This document shows positions 29,858 through 39,589 of a DNA stretch of 64,000 bases, piece by piece. The notes under the pieces are model-generated. The model saw only the letters and a program-made list of their open reading frames with translations, did no database searches and was not told where the DNA came from. This DNA comes from Alphaproteobacteria bacterium (GTDB lineage Bacteria; Pseudomonadota; Alphaproteobacteria; Rickettsiales; SXRF01), in assembly GCA_025360605.1 (NCBI GenBank), contig JANYBV010000057.1, positions 2,033 through 66,032 of the forward strand, given 5' to 3'. The position numbers and the translations under genes are program-made. Position 1 is the first letter of the stretch. Every line of letters starts with the position of its first letter.

Positions 29858-31032
29858 TGGCAACGGTCAAGTGCGCTGATGTTCTGAATACATTTTCTTG
29901 TCTGGGCGAGTCCTGCGAAGACACGTGCTGTCAGGGCTGGTCGATGCAGGTGGATGACGCCACCAAACAACTCTACGAACAATCGGCTCCTGAATTATTA
30001 GATTCGATTGAACCGGCGCAGGAAGCGTCGTGGATTATGCGAAAAAACCCCGCCACAGGTTTTTGTGTCAAATTCGACAATGGCTTATGTGGAATTCACA
30101 AAGAATATGGCGACCGTTTTTTAGGCAATGCCTGCCATTTTTATCCGCGTGCTACACGTGCGCTCGGCTCCCACCTTATTATGACGGCAAGTTTATCCTG
30201 TCCGGAAATCGCGCGGATTGCGTTGATTGAGGGACACACGTCCGCTATGGCGGATAAAGAGATTGAGCGCCTGCCGTTTGGTCTCAAAAATTATCTGCCT
30301 GTGGGCATGAACGAGGACGACGCGCTGGCGGTTCATCAAGTATTTTTATCAGCATGTGCAGATGAATCCGCGAGTGCCGAACAGACATTTTTGCGTATCG
30401 CCAGTGCTGCGCGGTCGCTGGAGCGCATCGATCATGCAGGATGGCCGAGCATGGCTGGCTATTATATTGAACATGCCGATTCGCTCCTGCCGCCGCCCGA
30501 GACAAACGAGGTGGATCCCTTCAACCTGCTGCATGCGTTGTGTGGGTTGATTGTGGCCTCCCATAAGCCCATGTCGGCGCGGTTGCGCAGAACCATTGAA
30601 ACGATGGAAGCGGCGCTGGCGGTGACGCTGGACTGGACGAAGGTACAAATATCAGCGGATGACAGAAGTCTAAATGCCTATCGTCAGTTGCAGCATGCAT
30701 TACATAAAGAAGACACACTTTTCGTGGAGCAGGTGTTGCGGCGTTGGCTGCAGATGCAAATGTCGCTGGCGCTCTTTCCTTTCAGCGGACTGGGAAACAC
30801 CCTGTCAGAGCGCGTTACCGTGATTGGCGTGCGGCTTGCAATAATTCGGCTTGCATTATTTTGCAATTGTAGTATTCGTAGGGAAGAATCGCTACCAAAT
30901 GTAGTGATAAGCGTAGTACAAAGTTTGTCTCGTTTTCTTGACCACCTTGGCGACGCGTCGTTTTCGATGATGATATTCACCGAAACCGGCTGGACGGAAG
31001 AGGCAAGAATGCGCGGGCTTCTAAAAAAATAA
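29857..31032 (+). CDS. fliB: Flagellin lysine-N-methylase FliB
   Basis: FSCLGESCEDTCCQGW, C......LCGIH..YG......C..YPR, LSCPE; adjacent to flagellin. Confidence 0.85.
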   Translation: MATVKCADVLNTFSCLGESCEDTCCQGWSMQVDDATKQLYEQSAPELLDSIEPAQEASWIMRKNPATGFCVKFDNGLCGIHKEYGDRFLGNACHFYPRATRALGSHLIMTASLSCPEIARIALIEGHTSAMADKEIERLPFGLKNYLPVGMNEDDALAVHQVFLSACADESASAEQTFLRIASAARSLERIDHAGWPSMAGYYIEHADSLLPPPETNEVDPFNLLHALCGLIVASHKPMSARLRRTIETMEAALAVTLDWTKVQISADDRSLNAYRQLQHALHKEDTLFVEQVLRRWLQMQMSLALFPFSGLGNTLSERVTVIGVRLAIIRLALFCNCSIRREESLPNVVISVVQSLSRFLDHLGDASFSMMIFTETGWTEEARMRGLLKK

Positions 31033-31108
31033 TAACAAAAAAATTTAAAATAGAATACAGGGAGTTAGGTAGTAATCACTGTTGTTTTCTGCCGCTTTCA
31101 GGGTTTTA

Positions 31109-31124
31109 TTAATCTTATGTTAAC
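31109..31124 (+). promoter_or_regulatory. CtrA-binding box upstream of flagellin
   Basis: TTAA-TCTTATG-TTAAC matches TTAA-N7-TTAAC exactly. Confidence 0.75.
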
Positions 31125-31154
31125 GTTTGAGGGGTAATAATTATTGTTAGTGTG

Positions 31155-31235
31155 GCCGTATCCTCAATGTATGAGGTGTGGCGGCATTACTAGATGAAAG
31201 CATGTAGCTTTCGATTAACAACGTCCATGTAGGAG
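31155..31235 (+). promoter_or_regulatory. Structured flagellin 5' leader with three AUGUA-pentaloop hairpins
   Basis: CCTCA-ATGTA-TGAGG, GAAAGC-ATGTA-GCTTTC, TCC-ATGTA-GGA (last overlaps SD AGGAG). Confidence 0.75.
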
Positions 31236-31241
31236 ATTACT

Positions 31242-33833
31242 ATGACAAGCTCAATTAACACCAACATTGCTGCGTTTTTTGCTCAGGCAAATATCGCGGC
31301 TGCTTCCCAAAACGCTCAATCATCCGTAGCCCGACTTTCAAGTGGTAACGTCATTGTTCAGGCATCTGACAACGTGGCGGCACTTGCAACCGGTACTTCT
31401 CTTCAGGCTCAGGTAAGTGCTCTTAAAACCGCACAGACCAACGCTTCGCAGGGAACCAGCCTTCTTCAGGTGGCTGACGGTGCTCTTGCGCAGATCGGTA
31501 ACATTCTTCAACAACAGCAATCTCTGGCTCTCCAAGCGGGTTCCGGTGCTCTGACGAACACCACTCGCGGGTTCTTGAACCAGCAGTTCCAAGCGCTGAC
31601 AAACGAAATTAACATTCTTTCAACCGGCACATCGTTTAACGGCGTGCAGTTGATCGATGGTTCTATTGCAACAGGCGGTTCTTCTTCGTCTAACGTCATC
31701 CAGAACAATGCTCTCGTTGGTTCTGGCACCACCATTACACCTGCTGGCTTCACCGACTTAACAGCAGTTACCAACCAGTCGAAAGCAGGCTTTACCTACG
31801 TAACCGCCGCTTCTTCATTTACCGGTTCGGCTACCGGCTTTACTGTTGCTACGGTGATCACCCAGCCAACCAACTCGTATGATAAGTCGTTGTACGGTGA
31901 TATTTCTACCACCGGTACCTTTACCACCACCGCAGTGGGTGGCGTGGGTGCGATTACCGCCTACAACATCAACTACACCGCCACCGACGGCACCGTGTAT
32001 AGCGGTTCGATCGCTCCATCGGCTGTGACTGGTACATTGACTTCCGGTAACTTCACGCTGACGGCAACCACCAACGCTTCATCCCATGCTACGTTGAAGT
32101 TCACCGTGGGTGCAACCGGCTTTACCACCGCTTCTGACAACAGCTTGGCAATTGACACGGCTCTGAAAGCCAACGTTAGTGGCTATACCTTTACGTCAGG
32201 TACGTTTGGTTCGGCTCCAGCCATCGTCCAGCCAACCAGCTCGAAAGCAGATGCTTCACTGTATGGTGATTTGTCACAGGGTGCGGTCAGTGTTCAGCTT
32301 GCAGTCGATGCTAACACTACTACGGCCAGCACTGCTGCTGCTAAAGGCTACCTGATCACCTACACGCTGAACGGCACTGCCTATAAAGGCTTCCTTGCTG
32401 GCGATAACAGCACGACCGGTACGGCAGGTCACCTTGGTGTGACGGCGGCTCAGTCGGTGACGTTGTCATCGGGTGATGACGTGAACCATGCAACTATTGC
32501 GTTCACTGCCAACACCCAGTTTGGTGCAACCATTGCTTCAACCGTTGACCAGACAGCCAACATTCTGTCGGCAATTCAGGCCAACCTTGCTGGTTCCACC
32601 GCCTTTAACGCTACGAAGGCTGGTACGGTAACCGGTGAAGTGTCGCAGACCGGTATCGGTTCGGTATCCTTCACCAGTGCTCCAACGAAAAACGATACGA
32701 CGTTCGTTGGTGACCTGAGCAAAGGTGTGTTCGCGGTATCTGGTTCGGCTGTTTCGGGCTACGCTGTGAGCTATGCGCTCAACGGTTCAACCTATCAGGG
32801 TAACTTCTCTGCTTCCGAAGTGACCAATGGTGGAACATTGGCGCTCACCAATGGTACCGGTGTACTTGCATTCAGCATCAGTGCTGGTGCGACCACAACG
32901 GCAAACGCAACTACCCTCCAGACCGCGTTCACCAACCAGTTCTCGGCTGCAACGGCACACGCTAGCCATCTGGTTGCCAACACGCTGCAAAGCAACGGTG
33001 CCGGTGGTACCATTGCTGGTTCTGCCATCACTGCTGCTTCTACTGCCGGTTCCATTCTGAATGGTTTCGATGGTAGCAAAGCAATCCTGAAGTCAGACAA
33101 GTATGGTGCAAGTGCCACTAACCTGCCTCCGGTTTCCAACTTCTCGGCTACCGGCTCAGGGACTTCTGTGGTGTTCTCCGTACAGATTGGTACCGATACC
33201 TACACCACTCAGGGAACGGTTACCACTTCCGGTCCTCTTAGCACAGGTGTGTTCGACGGTTCAACCGGTAAACTGAACTTCTACAAGAACGGTGACAAGA
33301 CCAACAATGCCAACGAAGTTCTGACACTGGATCTTACCGGTCTCGGCGCAAGTGCAAGGTTTGATTCTGCTGCTGCAGTTTCCAATTTTGCAACCGCACT
33401 TAACAGTGCGTTTGGTGGTGGTGGTTCAACCGGTTCAGGTGGTTTGAGCTTCCAGTTGGGTAGCACAACCAGTTCGACCGTTACCGTGAACATCGGTAGC
33501 GCGAAAACTACTGCGCTGTTCGGCTCAACGGCTCTGGACATCTCGACACAGGCAGGTTCAACGACCGCTGCTGGTATCGTGGCAACCGCTATCAGCACTG
33601 TAACGTCCTTACGTGCAGGTGTGGGTGCGCTTGAATCGCAGTTCAACTTCGCCGCTGCGGCTCTGCAAACCAGCGTTCAGAATCAGGATGCTGCTCGCGG
33701 GCAGTTCCTTGATACTGACATCTCAACTGAGTCCACCTCGTATGCTACCTCGCAGGTTAAACTGCAGGCTGGTATCTCGGTGTTAGCTCAGGCCAACCAG
33801 TCGCTTCAGGCCCTCCTGAAGCTGATTCAGTAG
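31242..33833 (+). CDS. fliC: Flagellin (863 aa)
   Basis: SINTN, RLSSG, LQVADGAL, FNG; C-terminal LRA.VGA, D.DI..E, SVLAQANQ. Confidence 0.95.
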   Translation: MTSSINTNIAAFFAQANIAAASQNAQSSVARLSSGNVIVQASDNVAALATGTSLQAQVSALKTAQTNASQGTSLLQVADGALAQIGNILQQQQSLALQAGSGALTNTTRGFLNQQFQALTNEINILSTGTSFNGVQLIDGSIATGGSSSSNVIQNNALVGSGTTITPAGFTDLTAVTNQSKAGFTYVTAASSFTGSATGFTVATVITQPTNSYDKSLYGDISTTGTFTTTAVGGVGAITAYNINYTATDGTVYSGSIAPSAVTGTLTSGNFTLTATTNASSHATLKFTVGATGFTTASDNSLAIDTALKANVSGYTFTSGTFGSAPAIVQPTSSKADASLYGDLSQGAVSVQLAVDANTTTASTAAAKGYLITYTLNGTAYKGFLAGDNSTTGTAGHLGVTAAQSVTLSSGDDVNHATIAFTANTQFGATIASTVDQTANILSAIQANLAGSTAFNATKAGTVTGEVSQTGIGSVSFTSAPTKNDTTFVGDLSKGVFAVSGSAVSGYAVSYALNGSTYQGNFSASEVTNGGTLALTNGTGVLAFSISAGATTTANATTLQTAFTNQFSAATAHASHLVANTLQSNGAGGTIAGSAITAASTAGSILNGFDGSKAILKSDKYGASATNLPPVSNFSATGSGTSVVFSVQIGTDTYTTQGTVTTSGPLSTGVFDGSTGKLNFYKNGDKTNNANEVLTLDLTGLGASARFDSAAAVSNFATALNSAFGGGGSTGSGGLSFQLGSTTSSTVTVNIGSAKTTALFGSTALDISTQAGSTTAAGIVATAISTVTSLRAGVGALESQFNFAAAALQTSVQNQDAARGQFLDTDISTESTSYATSQVKLQAGISVLAQANQSLQALLKLIQ

Positions 33834-33852
33834 TAGTTAGGGAAAAGGTAAC

Positions 33853-33876
33853 CCCGGGGCGCTAACCCGCCCCGGG
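33853..33876 (+). other. GC-rich intercistronic hairpin after flagellin (mRNA stabiliser or weak terminator)
   Basis: CCCGGGGCG-CTAACC-CGCCCCGGG with no U-tail. Confidence 0.55.
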
Positions 33877-33896
33877 CGAACCGATAGGAGGATGTC

Positions 33897-34253
33897 ATGG
33901 TAGACGTAGGAATACCCCAACTAATTGTACCGGCGCCTGCGGTTCCGCAGGTGAGATCGGCGCCAAGCGCACCTGTCGCTGCGTCTGAAGTGTTACCACA
34001 ACCTGCTGCTCAGGTGACCTTTGATCCGTTGAATACGGAACAAAAGCGTGCTGAGGCAGTGAAGGTATTGTCACAGCAGGTGGTGAACGATTTTGTACTC
34101 GGTGATACGTCCTTTACGATCTTTAAGGACTCTACCGGCAAGTACGTTACGCGCTTCACCAGCCTAAGGGACGGGAAAGTGACTTATATTCCTGAGCCTT
34201 CGCTGTACAAGCTCGGTAGCTCTTCTGCGCCAACAGTGCAGATCAATGCGTAA
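33897..34253 (+). CDS. FlaG-like protein
   Basis: Between flagellin and fliD; C-terminal F.I.KD.TG.YV.....DGKV..IPE resembles FlaG; AGGAGG SD. Confidence 0.55.
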   Translation: MVDVGIPQLIVPAPAVPQVRSAPSAPVAASEVLPQPAAQVTFDPLNTEQKRAEAVKVLSQQVVNDFVLGDTSFTIFKDSTGKYVTRFTSLRDGKVTYIPEPSLYKLGSSSAPTVQINA

Positions 34254-34256
34254 TTA

Positions 34257-34272
34257 AGGCACGATTATTGCT
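34257..34272 (+). promoter_or_regulatory. Sigma54 promoter of fliD-fliS
   Basis: AGGCACGATTATTGCT, GG-N10-GC. Confidence 0.75.
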
Positions 34273-34317
34273 TTAATTGTGGTATACTGATCACTAATAA
34301 AAAAATGGGGGCACACA

Positions 34318-36099
34318 ATGGGTGTTACAGCGGTGACGCTTGGGAGTTTTTACACTACAAGTAGTGGGAAAACCCTGTTGGGCGGTGCAGGCGGTTCGGG
34401 TCTTGATACCCAGTCGCTCATCAAATCGCTCACTGACGCAAAAAGTATAGGTGCAACTCAGGATCAGGCGCAAATAAAAACCAACGACTCTAAGAGCTCC
34501 GCATTCACGCAGCTCCAGACGTTGCTGTCAACATTTCAAACGGCCGCTGACGCGTTGCGTAACCCTCCGGGCGTAAACAATGCCGCCAGCGATGCCTTCA
34601 AACTTACTACTGCCAACGTGGGTAACGGTGGCAGTAACTATATCGGCGTACTTGCCCAGCCAGGTGCCGCCTTACAATCCTATAATATAAGTGATATTAG
34701 CAGCGTGGCTTCTGCCGCAACACAGGGTACGGGTACCTTTGCGATCGCCAGTGCTAATGCGGATGCCACTGTTGGCGCGGTGAAATTTAATGCCGGAACC
34801 ATCACTTTTGCTGGTGGTGCAACCGTAACGGTTGCCAATGGCGATAGCCTAGCCACTATTGCTGCCAATTTTAATGCCGTATCTTCAAGCACGGGTATCA
34901 ATGCTTCTATCATTCAGGTAGACAGCACCCATTACCAGCTGTCTTTTGTTTCGACCAAAACCGGAACCAATGCGAATTTTGATCTTACAGGGGCTCCGAC
35001 TGTCACCGGTGGTGGCGCAGTATTGGCCAATATCGGGTTGGGAGCCGCGGCGTCTGGTACGAATGCCATATTTAAGGTCAACAATGTCCAGATTACAAGG
35101 CAAAGCAACAATGTGGATGATGTGCTCAGTGGCGTTACGTTCAAGATATTTCAAACGACTCCTGATGCCGTTACCAATTATTCGGTCAATGTGATTCCTG
35201 ACGCCACCACCATTCAGAATTCCATTGTGAATTTTACAACTGCCTATAATGCGATTAAAACTTTCGAGTCCCAGCAAACGCAGTTGGGTGCCGACGGAAC
35301 CTACGCGACCAACGCGGTATTGGTGAATGATCCAACCTTTCAGGCCGTATTAAGCGATGTGAACCGCACGGTGAATACACAGGTTCTGGGGATTACCGGT
35401 ACTGATCCGGCCAGCTTGTCCGATGTGGGCATTACCTTTACCAAGCAGGCCGCCACCAGCACGGCACCGGAAGTTGATAATATTCTGACGGTTGACGATA
35501 CCAAGCTGGCTTCCGCGCTCACGACGAATTTTAACGGGGTCAGAAACCTGTTCCAGTTTAACCTGACATCCTCTAACCCGAACATTGCTATTTATTCCCA
35601 TAGCCTTCCGATCGGGATCACGGATTTTAGCGTAAATATTGTGACAGGGGCTAACACCTTTACCGCTACCTACACGCAAAATGGTAGTCCCGTTACCACC
35701 AATTTAACTGCACAGGTATTTACCAACGGCACCCCTGGTTATACGCTGGTGGGCGCTGCGGGTTCTCCACTTGAAGGCGCAACCTTTATTTATGGCAGCA
35801 ACGCGGATGCAACGTTTAATGTGCACCTTACCCAAGGCATCGCTGATCAGGTTTATACCAGTGCAAGCTCTGCGCTGACCGACAAGACGGGTAGTCTGGC
35901 TGTGGCTTTGAAGGGCCTCAAGGATAGTGACACTAAACTGAATGATGACATTAAAAATATTAATGCTCAGGTGACCATATACCAAGACCAGTTGCAGCAA
36001 AAATTTGCAGCCCTTGAAAAGGCGATTTCCAGTGCGAATACGTTGTTGCAAAGCTTAAATGCTAATTCGAACGCGCAGTTGACTTCTTCAGGACACTAA
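34318..36099 (+). CDS. fliD: Flagellar filament cap
   Basis: SGLDTQSLI..L, I.RQSN.VDDV..GVT, F..AYN, LSDVGI, L.VDD.KL..AL, KFAALEKAI. Confidence 0.9.
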   Translation: MGVTAVTLGSFYTTSSGKTLLGGAGGSGLDTQSLIKSLTDAKSIGATQDQAQIKTNDSKSSAFTQLQTLLSTFQTAADALRNPPGVNNAASDAFKLTTANVGNGGSNYIGVLAQPGAALQSYNISDISSVASAATQGTGTFAIASANADATVGAVKFNAGTITFAGGATVTVANGDSLATIAANFNAVSSSTGINASIIQVDSTHYQLSFVSTKTGTNANFDLTGAPTVTGGGAVLANIGLGAAASGTNAIFKVNNVQITRQSNNVDDVLSGVTFKIFQTTPDAVTNYSVNVIPDATTIQNSIVNFTTAYNAIKTFESQQTQLGADGTYATNAVLVNDPTFQAVLSDVNRTVNTQVLGITGTDPASLSDVGITFTKQAATSTAPEVDNILTVDDTKLASALTTNFNGVRNLFQFNLTSSNPNIAIYSHSLPIGITDFSVNIVTGANTFTATYTQNGSPVTTNLTAQVFTNGTPGYTLVGAAGSPLEGATFIYGSNADATFNVHLTQGIADQVYTSASSALTDKTGSLAVALKGLKDSDTKLNDDIKNINAQVTIYQDQLQQKFAALEKAISSANTLLQSLNANSNAQLTSSGH

Positions 36100-36105
36100 T
36101 TGATC

Positions 36106-36579
36106 ATGGCGGACAATATGCAAAAACAAAAATATCAGGCCTACGCCGCAGCTACCCAAACCGTTGCAAGGACAAAACAAATTGTCATGCTATATGACGG
36201 GCTTGTGCGTTTTATGCAGCAAGCCAAAGAAGCGGCACGCGATAAACGTATTGAAGACCGTTATAAAGCCCTGATTAAATCCAGCGAAGTGATCATGGGG
36301 TTGCAAGGTTGTCTCGATTTTGAAAAAGCGCCGGAGATAGCCCGCGTGCTCTATAGTTTTTATTCATCCATTGACGCGCGTATTTTTTCTGTTCACCGGA
36401 CGAATAATATTGAAACATGCGACGAGGTGATTGCGGAATTGAAACAGATGCGTGATGTCTGGCACGAAATAGACCAGAATAATGTAGAAGATGCATCAGA
36501 GGGCTCTGCCCCGCTGGCGGCGGTAGCACCGGCGCCTTCAGAAGGCAATTCCGATCAAAATATCACACTTTCTGCCTAG
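36106..36579 (+). CDS. fliS: Flagellin chaperone FliS
   Basis: IVMLYDG, L...LDFE...EIA..L..FY, L..MRD.W. Confidence 0.9.
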   Translation: MADNMQKQKYQAYAAATQTVARTKQIVMLYDGLVRFMQQAKEAARDKRIEDRYKALIKSSEVIMGLQGCLDFEKAPEIARVLYSFYSSIDARIFSVHRTNNIETCDEVIAELKQMRDVWHEIDQNNVEDASEGSAPLAAVAPAPSEGNSDQNITLSA

Positions 36580-36701
36580 TCTTACCTGTCGCTTTTCTCG
36601 TCTCTTTTGTTTTTGCCCTTGCCCCTTCGATCGGGGATTTTAGCGCGTTTCCAGACTGTAAAAATCAATAAAAATCAATAAAATGCCCTCGTTTTGCGGA
36701 T

Positions 36702-36717
36702 TGGCACGGCACTTGCA
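36702..36717 (+). promoter_or_regulatory. Sigma54 promoter of fliK-flgD-flgE
   Basis: TGGCACGGCACTTGCA, near-perfect consensus; tandem AAAATCAATA (IHF-like) at 36661-36680. Confidence 0.88.
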
Positions 36718-36753
36718 TAGTGTTTACCAATACAAATGTAACTTGGTGTTATT

Positions 36754-38829
36754 ATGTCGACTGCATCTATTCCAGCTACCACAACGTCAGCACAGGCAGG
36801 TGTTCCTGATGCGTCGGCGTCTAAGCAGATAGATCATCATAGTGCGGCTGATTTTCTGGCGGTGTTAACCGGTTCGGTTAATCAGCTGAATGGCTCTGAT
36901 TTTTCGGCTAATAATTCAGGTGTAGACCTGAGCGCACTGGTGCATAAAGATCAAGCGCCTGCTCGTGACCAGCAATCGGCACAAACCAATTCACAATCAC
37001 AAGACCAACGAGCCAATGATGTAAAGCCTGCCGTTCAGCCTTCTATCCAGAAGATATTGGAGCAGCCGTCATCGTCTGCTTCCAGACAGGCGTCCAACAA
37101 GAACGATAGCAATGCGTCAGCGAACACTGAAAACGACCCAAAAAATTCGCGTGATACCGTTTCTGATTCGCAAAAAAGTGATAAAACCAGCGATGTAAAT
37201 GCTCAAGATAACAGTACGGATCCACAGCAATCACAAAAGCAGTTGCATTCAGCACTTCAGGATGAGCTGAGCCGTCTGGACCAAATTCTTTCTTCTATTA
37301 TTCAGCTCTTGACACCGGCGCCAATACAGCCACAAGCCACAACGGGATCTAATACCAATAATAACACTCAGAACGGCGATGTTACCATCACTGCCGCAGT
37401 GGGTGAAAGCATCACCACAAACTCTGGCAGTATTTCGATTCTTGCTTTAGCTACCGAGCAATTTAGTTCTTTACCAAACGTAGCGGGCAACCAGCCACAG
37501 GCTTCTGGGACAGCGGCTTCCGGTGAATTGCCGCTGCTTCATGATATTCAGTCAATCCTCGAACAGTTGCAGCAGGCATTTCAGGGGAATGTAGGTGCTC
37601 CGGCGGCCTCTGCGATCGATTGGTCAAAAATTACCCAGAATACGGCACCGGATCAGAATCTGGCCGGTATACTCTCTGCGCTTACTCTTCCAAGCGCTTC
37701 CATTGCAACGCCACTTGCGACTAATGCCGTACCGCAAGATACTTCTGTGGCATTACCGGTGGCAGCAACGCCGACTCCGGTTGATGCGCTCCAGAATGCG
37801 CTGGATCAATTGGCGCAGTTGCTCGCACCAGCGGCCAACACTAATCAACAGGCTGCGCCGGTAGTAACTGATGCAGCGAATACGCCGTCATTACCATCAG
37901 CACCGGTAGCAAATACAACTGCCACTCCAGCTGCGCCTAAAGATGAACTTGTCGCCTTCATTAAATCAGGTATCGCGGATGTTCGTCAGCAGTTGCAAAA
38001 ACTGAAGGGGCAGAATGAGGCAATTTTTTCCCAGGTAAAAAATGATACGCAGGCTTTAGGCTTTAATCCTGAAGCATTGTTTAAAGATACGTTATCGGCA
38101 AATGGTCTTACACTGAAGGACACTGTTGCTCAGACGCCTGTTGTGTACGCGGGTGTGATTGCAGCACCTGCACAGAATACACCTGTGGGACAAACAACTG
38201 CAGGTACGCAGAGTGATACGCTGTTTGCGAATGGTATTGCATTGGTTCAGCAGGCAACAGCGAATTCTGACACATCAGATTTTAGCGGCAATCAGCAGGA
38301 TAATGCTCCCGCAACGCCGATTGTGCTGACGGGTGCGTCGCAAACCCAATCCAATACCGCTGCTAATGGTGCTAATTTTTCCCGCGCATTACAGCAAACG
38401 GTGCCACAGCCTCTGTTAGAGCAGGTGTCCTTTCAGGTTAAAACGGCACTCAAAGATGGCAGCAGTAAGATTACGATTCAGCTCCATCCCGCTGATTTAG
38501 GCAAAGTCGATGTAAAACTCAGCGTCGATGCGAGTGGAAAGACCAGTGTTGTCGTAACTGCAGATAAGCAGCAGACACTGGACTTGTTGCAGCGTGATGC
38601 GCAGGGGCTTGCGCGGGCATTGACCGATGCCGGCTTGAGCACTGACAGCGGAAGCCTTAGTTTCAATCTTGGTGGCGGCCAGAATCAGAACAGCGGCCAG
38701 AACAATGCCACGCAGTCCGTCAGCACCTACCAGAAATTACAGCCCGATGATGAGCACGAAACCAACTTGAGTATTCTAAGCCGCAGCTACGTTGTGAACG
38801 TAGCTCAGGGGCTGGATATAGAAATATAG
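36754..38829 (+). CDS. fliK: Hook-length control protein FliK
   Basis: Long low-complexity N-region; C-terminal IQLHPADLGKVDVKL...TLDLLQRD...L.RAL.DAGL. Confidence 0.9.
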   Translation: MSTASIPATTTSAQAGVPDASASKQIDHHSAADFLAVLTGSVNQLNGSDFSANNSGVDLSALVHKDQAPARDQQSAQTNSQSQDQRANDVKPAVQPSIQKILEQPSSSASRQASNKNDSNASANTENDPKNSRDTVSDSQKSDKTSDVNAQDNSTDPQQSQKQLHSALQDELSRLDQILSSIIQLLTPAPIQPQATTGSNTNNNTQNGDVTITAAVGESITTNSGSISILALATEQFSSLPNVAGNQPQASGTAASGELPLLHDIQSILEQLQQAFQGNVGAPAASAIDWSKITQNTAPDQNLAGILSALTLPSASIATPLATNAVPQDTSVALPVAATPTPVDALQNALDQLAQLLAPAANTNQQAAPVVTDAANTPSLPSAPVANTTATPAAPKDELVAFIKSGIADVRQQLQKLKGQNEAIFSQVKNDTQALGFNPEALFKDTLSANGLTLKDTVAQTPVVYAGVIAAPAQNTPVGQTTAGTQSDTLFANGIALVQQATANSDTSDFSGNQQDNAPATPIVLTGASQTQSNTAANGANFSRALQQTVPQPLLEQVSFQVKTALKDGSSKITIQLHPADLGKVDVKLSVDASGKTSVVVTADKQQTLDLLQRDAQGLARALTDAGLSTDSGSLSFNLGGGQNQNSGQNNATQSVSTYQKLQPDDEHETNLSILSRSYVVNVAQGLDIEI

Positions 38830-38841
38830 GAGTAAATAATC

Positions 38842-39558
38842 ATGACTGCGGCCATTAACAATGTCACTAATACTACGAATACGACAAATACAACGGGGAC
38901 TAGCAGCGCTAGCAATTCAAACACTACTGCCTCGGCACAAAAAGGACTGAATAATGATTATGACCAGTTCCTTAAACTGCTCACCACACAGCTGACCAAT
39001 CAGGATCCGACCGCGCCTTTGGATACCAACCAGATCACCCAGCAGATTGCGCAGCTCTCACAGGTGCAGCAGAGCATCAATACCAATACCAAACTCGATC
39101 AGCTGATTTCTATCTATAATGGCACACAGGCAAATGCAGCGGTGTCATATATTGGCAAGCAAGTCGATGCTATCGGCAATCAGGTGGATCTGAGTAACAG
39201 TCAGGCGACACTGGTCTATAATTTGCCTAACGGTGCAACCACTTCGACCGTAACGATTAAAGACAGCACGGGCGCAACGGTATTTACCGGACCAGGCACG
39301 ACTGTATCCGGACGTAACCAGTTGCTCTGGAAAGGCACGGACACGTCGGGGAATAAAGTGCCTGATGGGACCTACACTTTCTCGGTTGCGGCGCAAGATG
39401 CCAATAAAAAAGACGTAACTGCAACTGCTTTCACGACAGGAATTGTAACGGCAGTGCTGACACAAAATGGCGAGAATAAACTTTCGCTGGGACAAATTTC
39501 TGTACCGTTAAGTTCAGTTCAATCGGTTTATACTTCCGGAACTAATCCGGGTGCGTAA
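38842..39558 (+). CDS. flgD: Hook capping protein FlgD
   Basis: FLKLLTTQLTNQDPTAPLD, W.G.D..G..VPDGTY. Confidence 0.95.
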   Translation: MTAAINNVTNTTNTTNTTGTSSASNSNTTASAQKGLNNDYDQFLKLLTTQLTNQDPTAPLDTNQITQQIAQLSQVQQSINTNTKLDQLISIYNGTQANAAVSYIGKQVDAIGNQVDLSNSQATLVYNLPNGATTSTVTIKDSTGATVFTGPGTTVSGRNQLLWKGTDTSGNKVPDGTYTFSVAAQDANKKDVTATAFTTGIVTAVLTQNGENKLSLGQISVPLSSVQSVYTSGTNPGA

Positions 39559-39589
39559 CTAACAATTAAAGTAATAAAGGAGTTATGAT

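Noticed and set aside
36726-36746. ATGTA in the fliK leader within an ACCAA/TTGGT stem
   Set aside because: Loop is 12 nt rather than 5; too weak to count as another site
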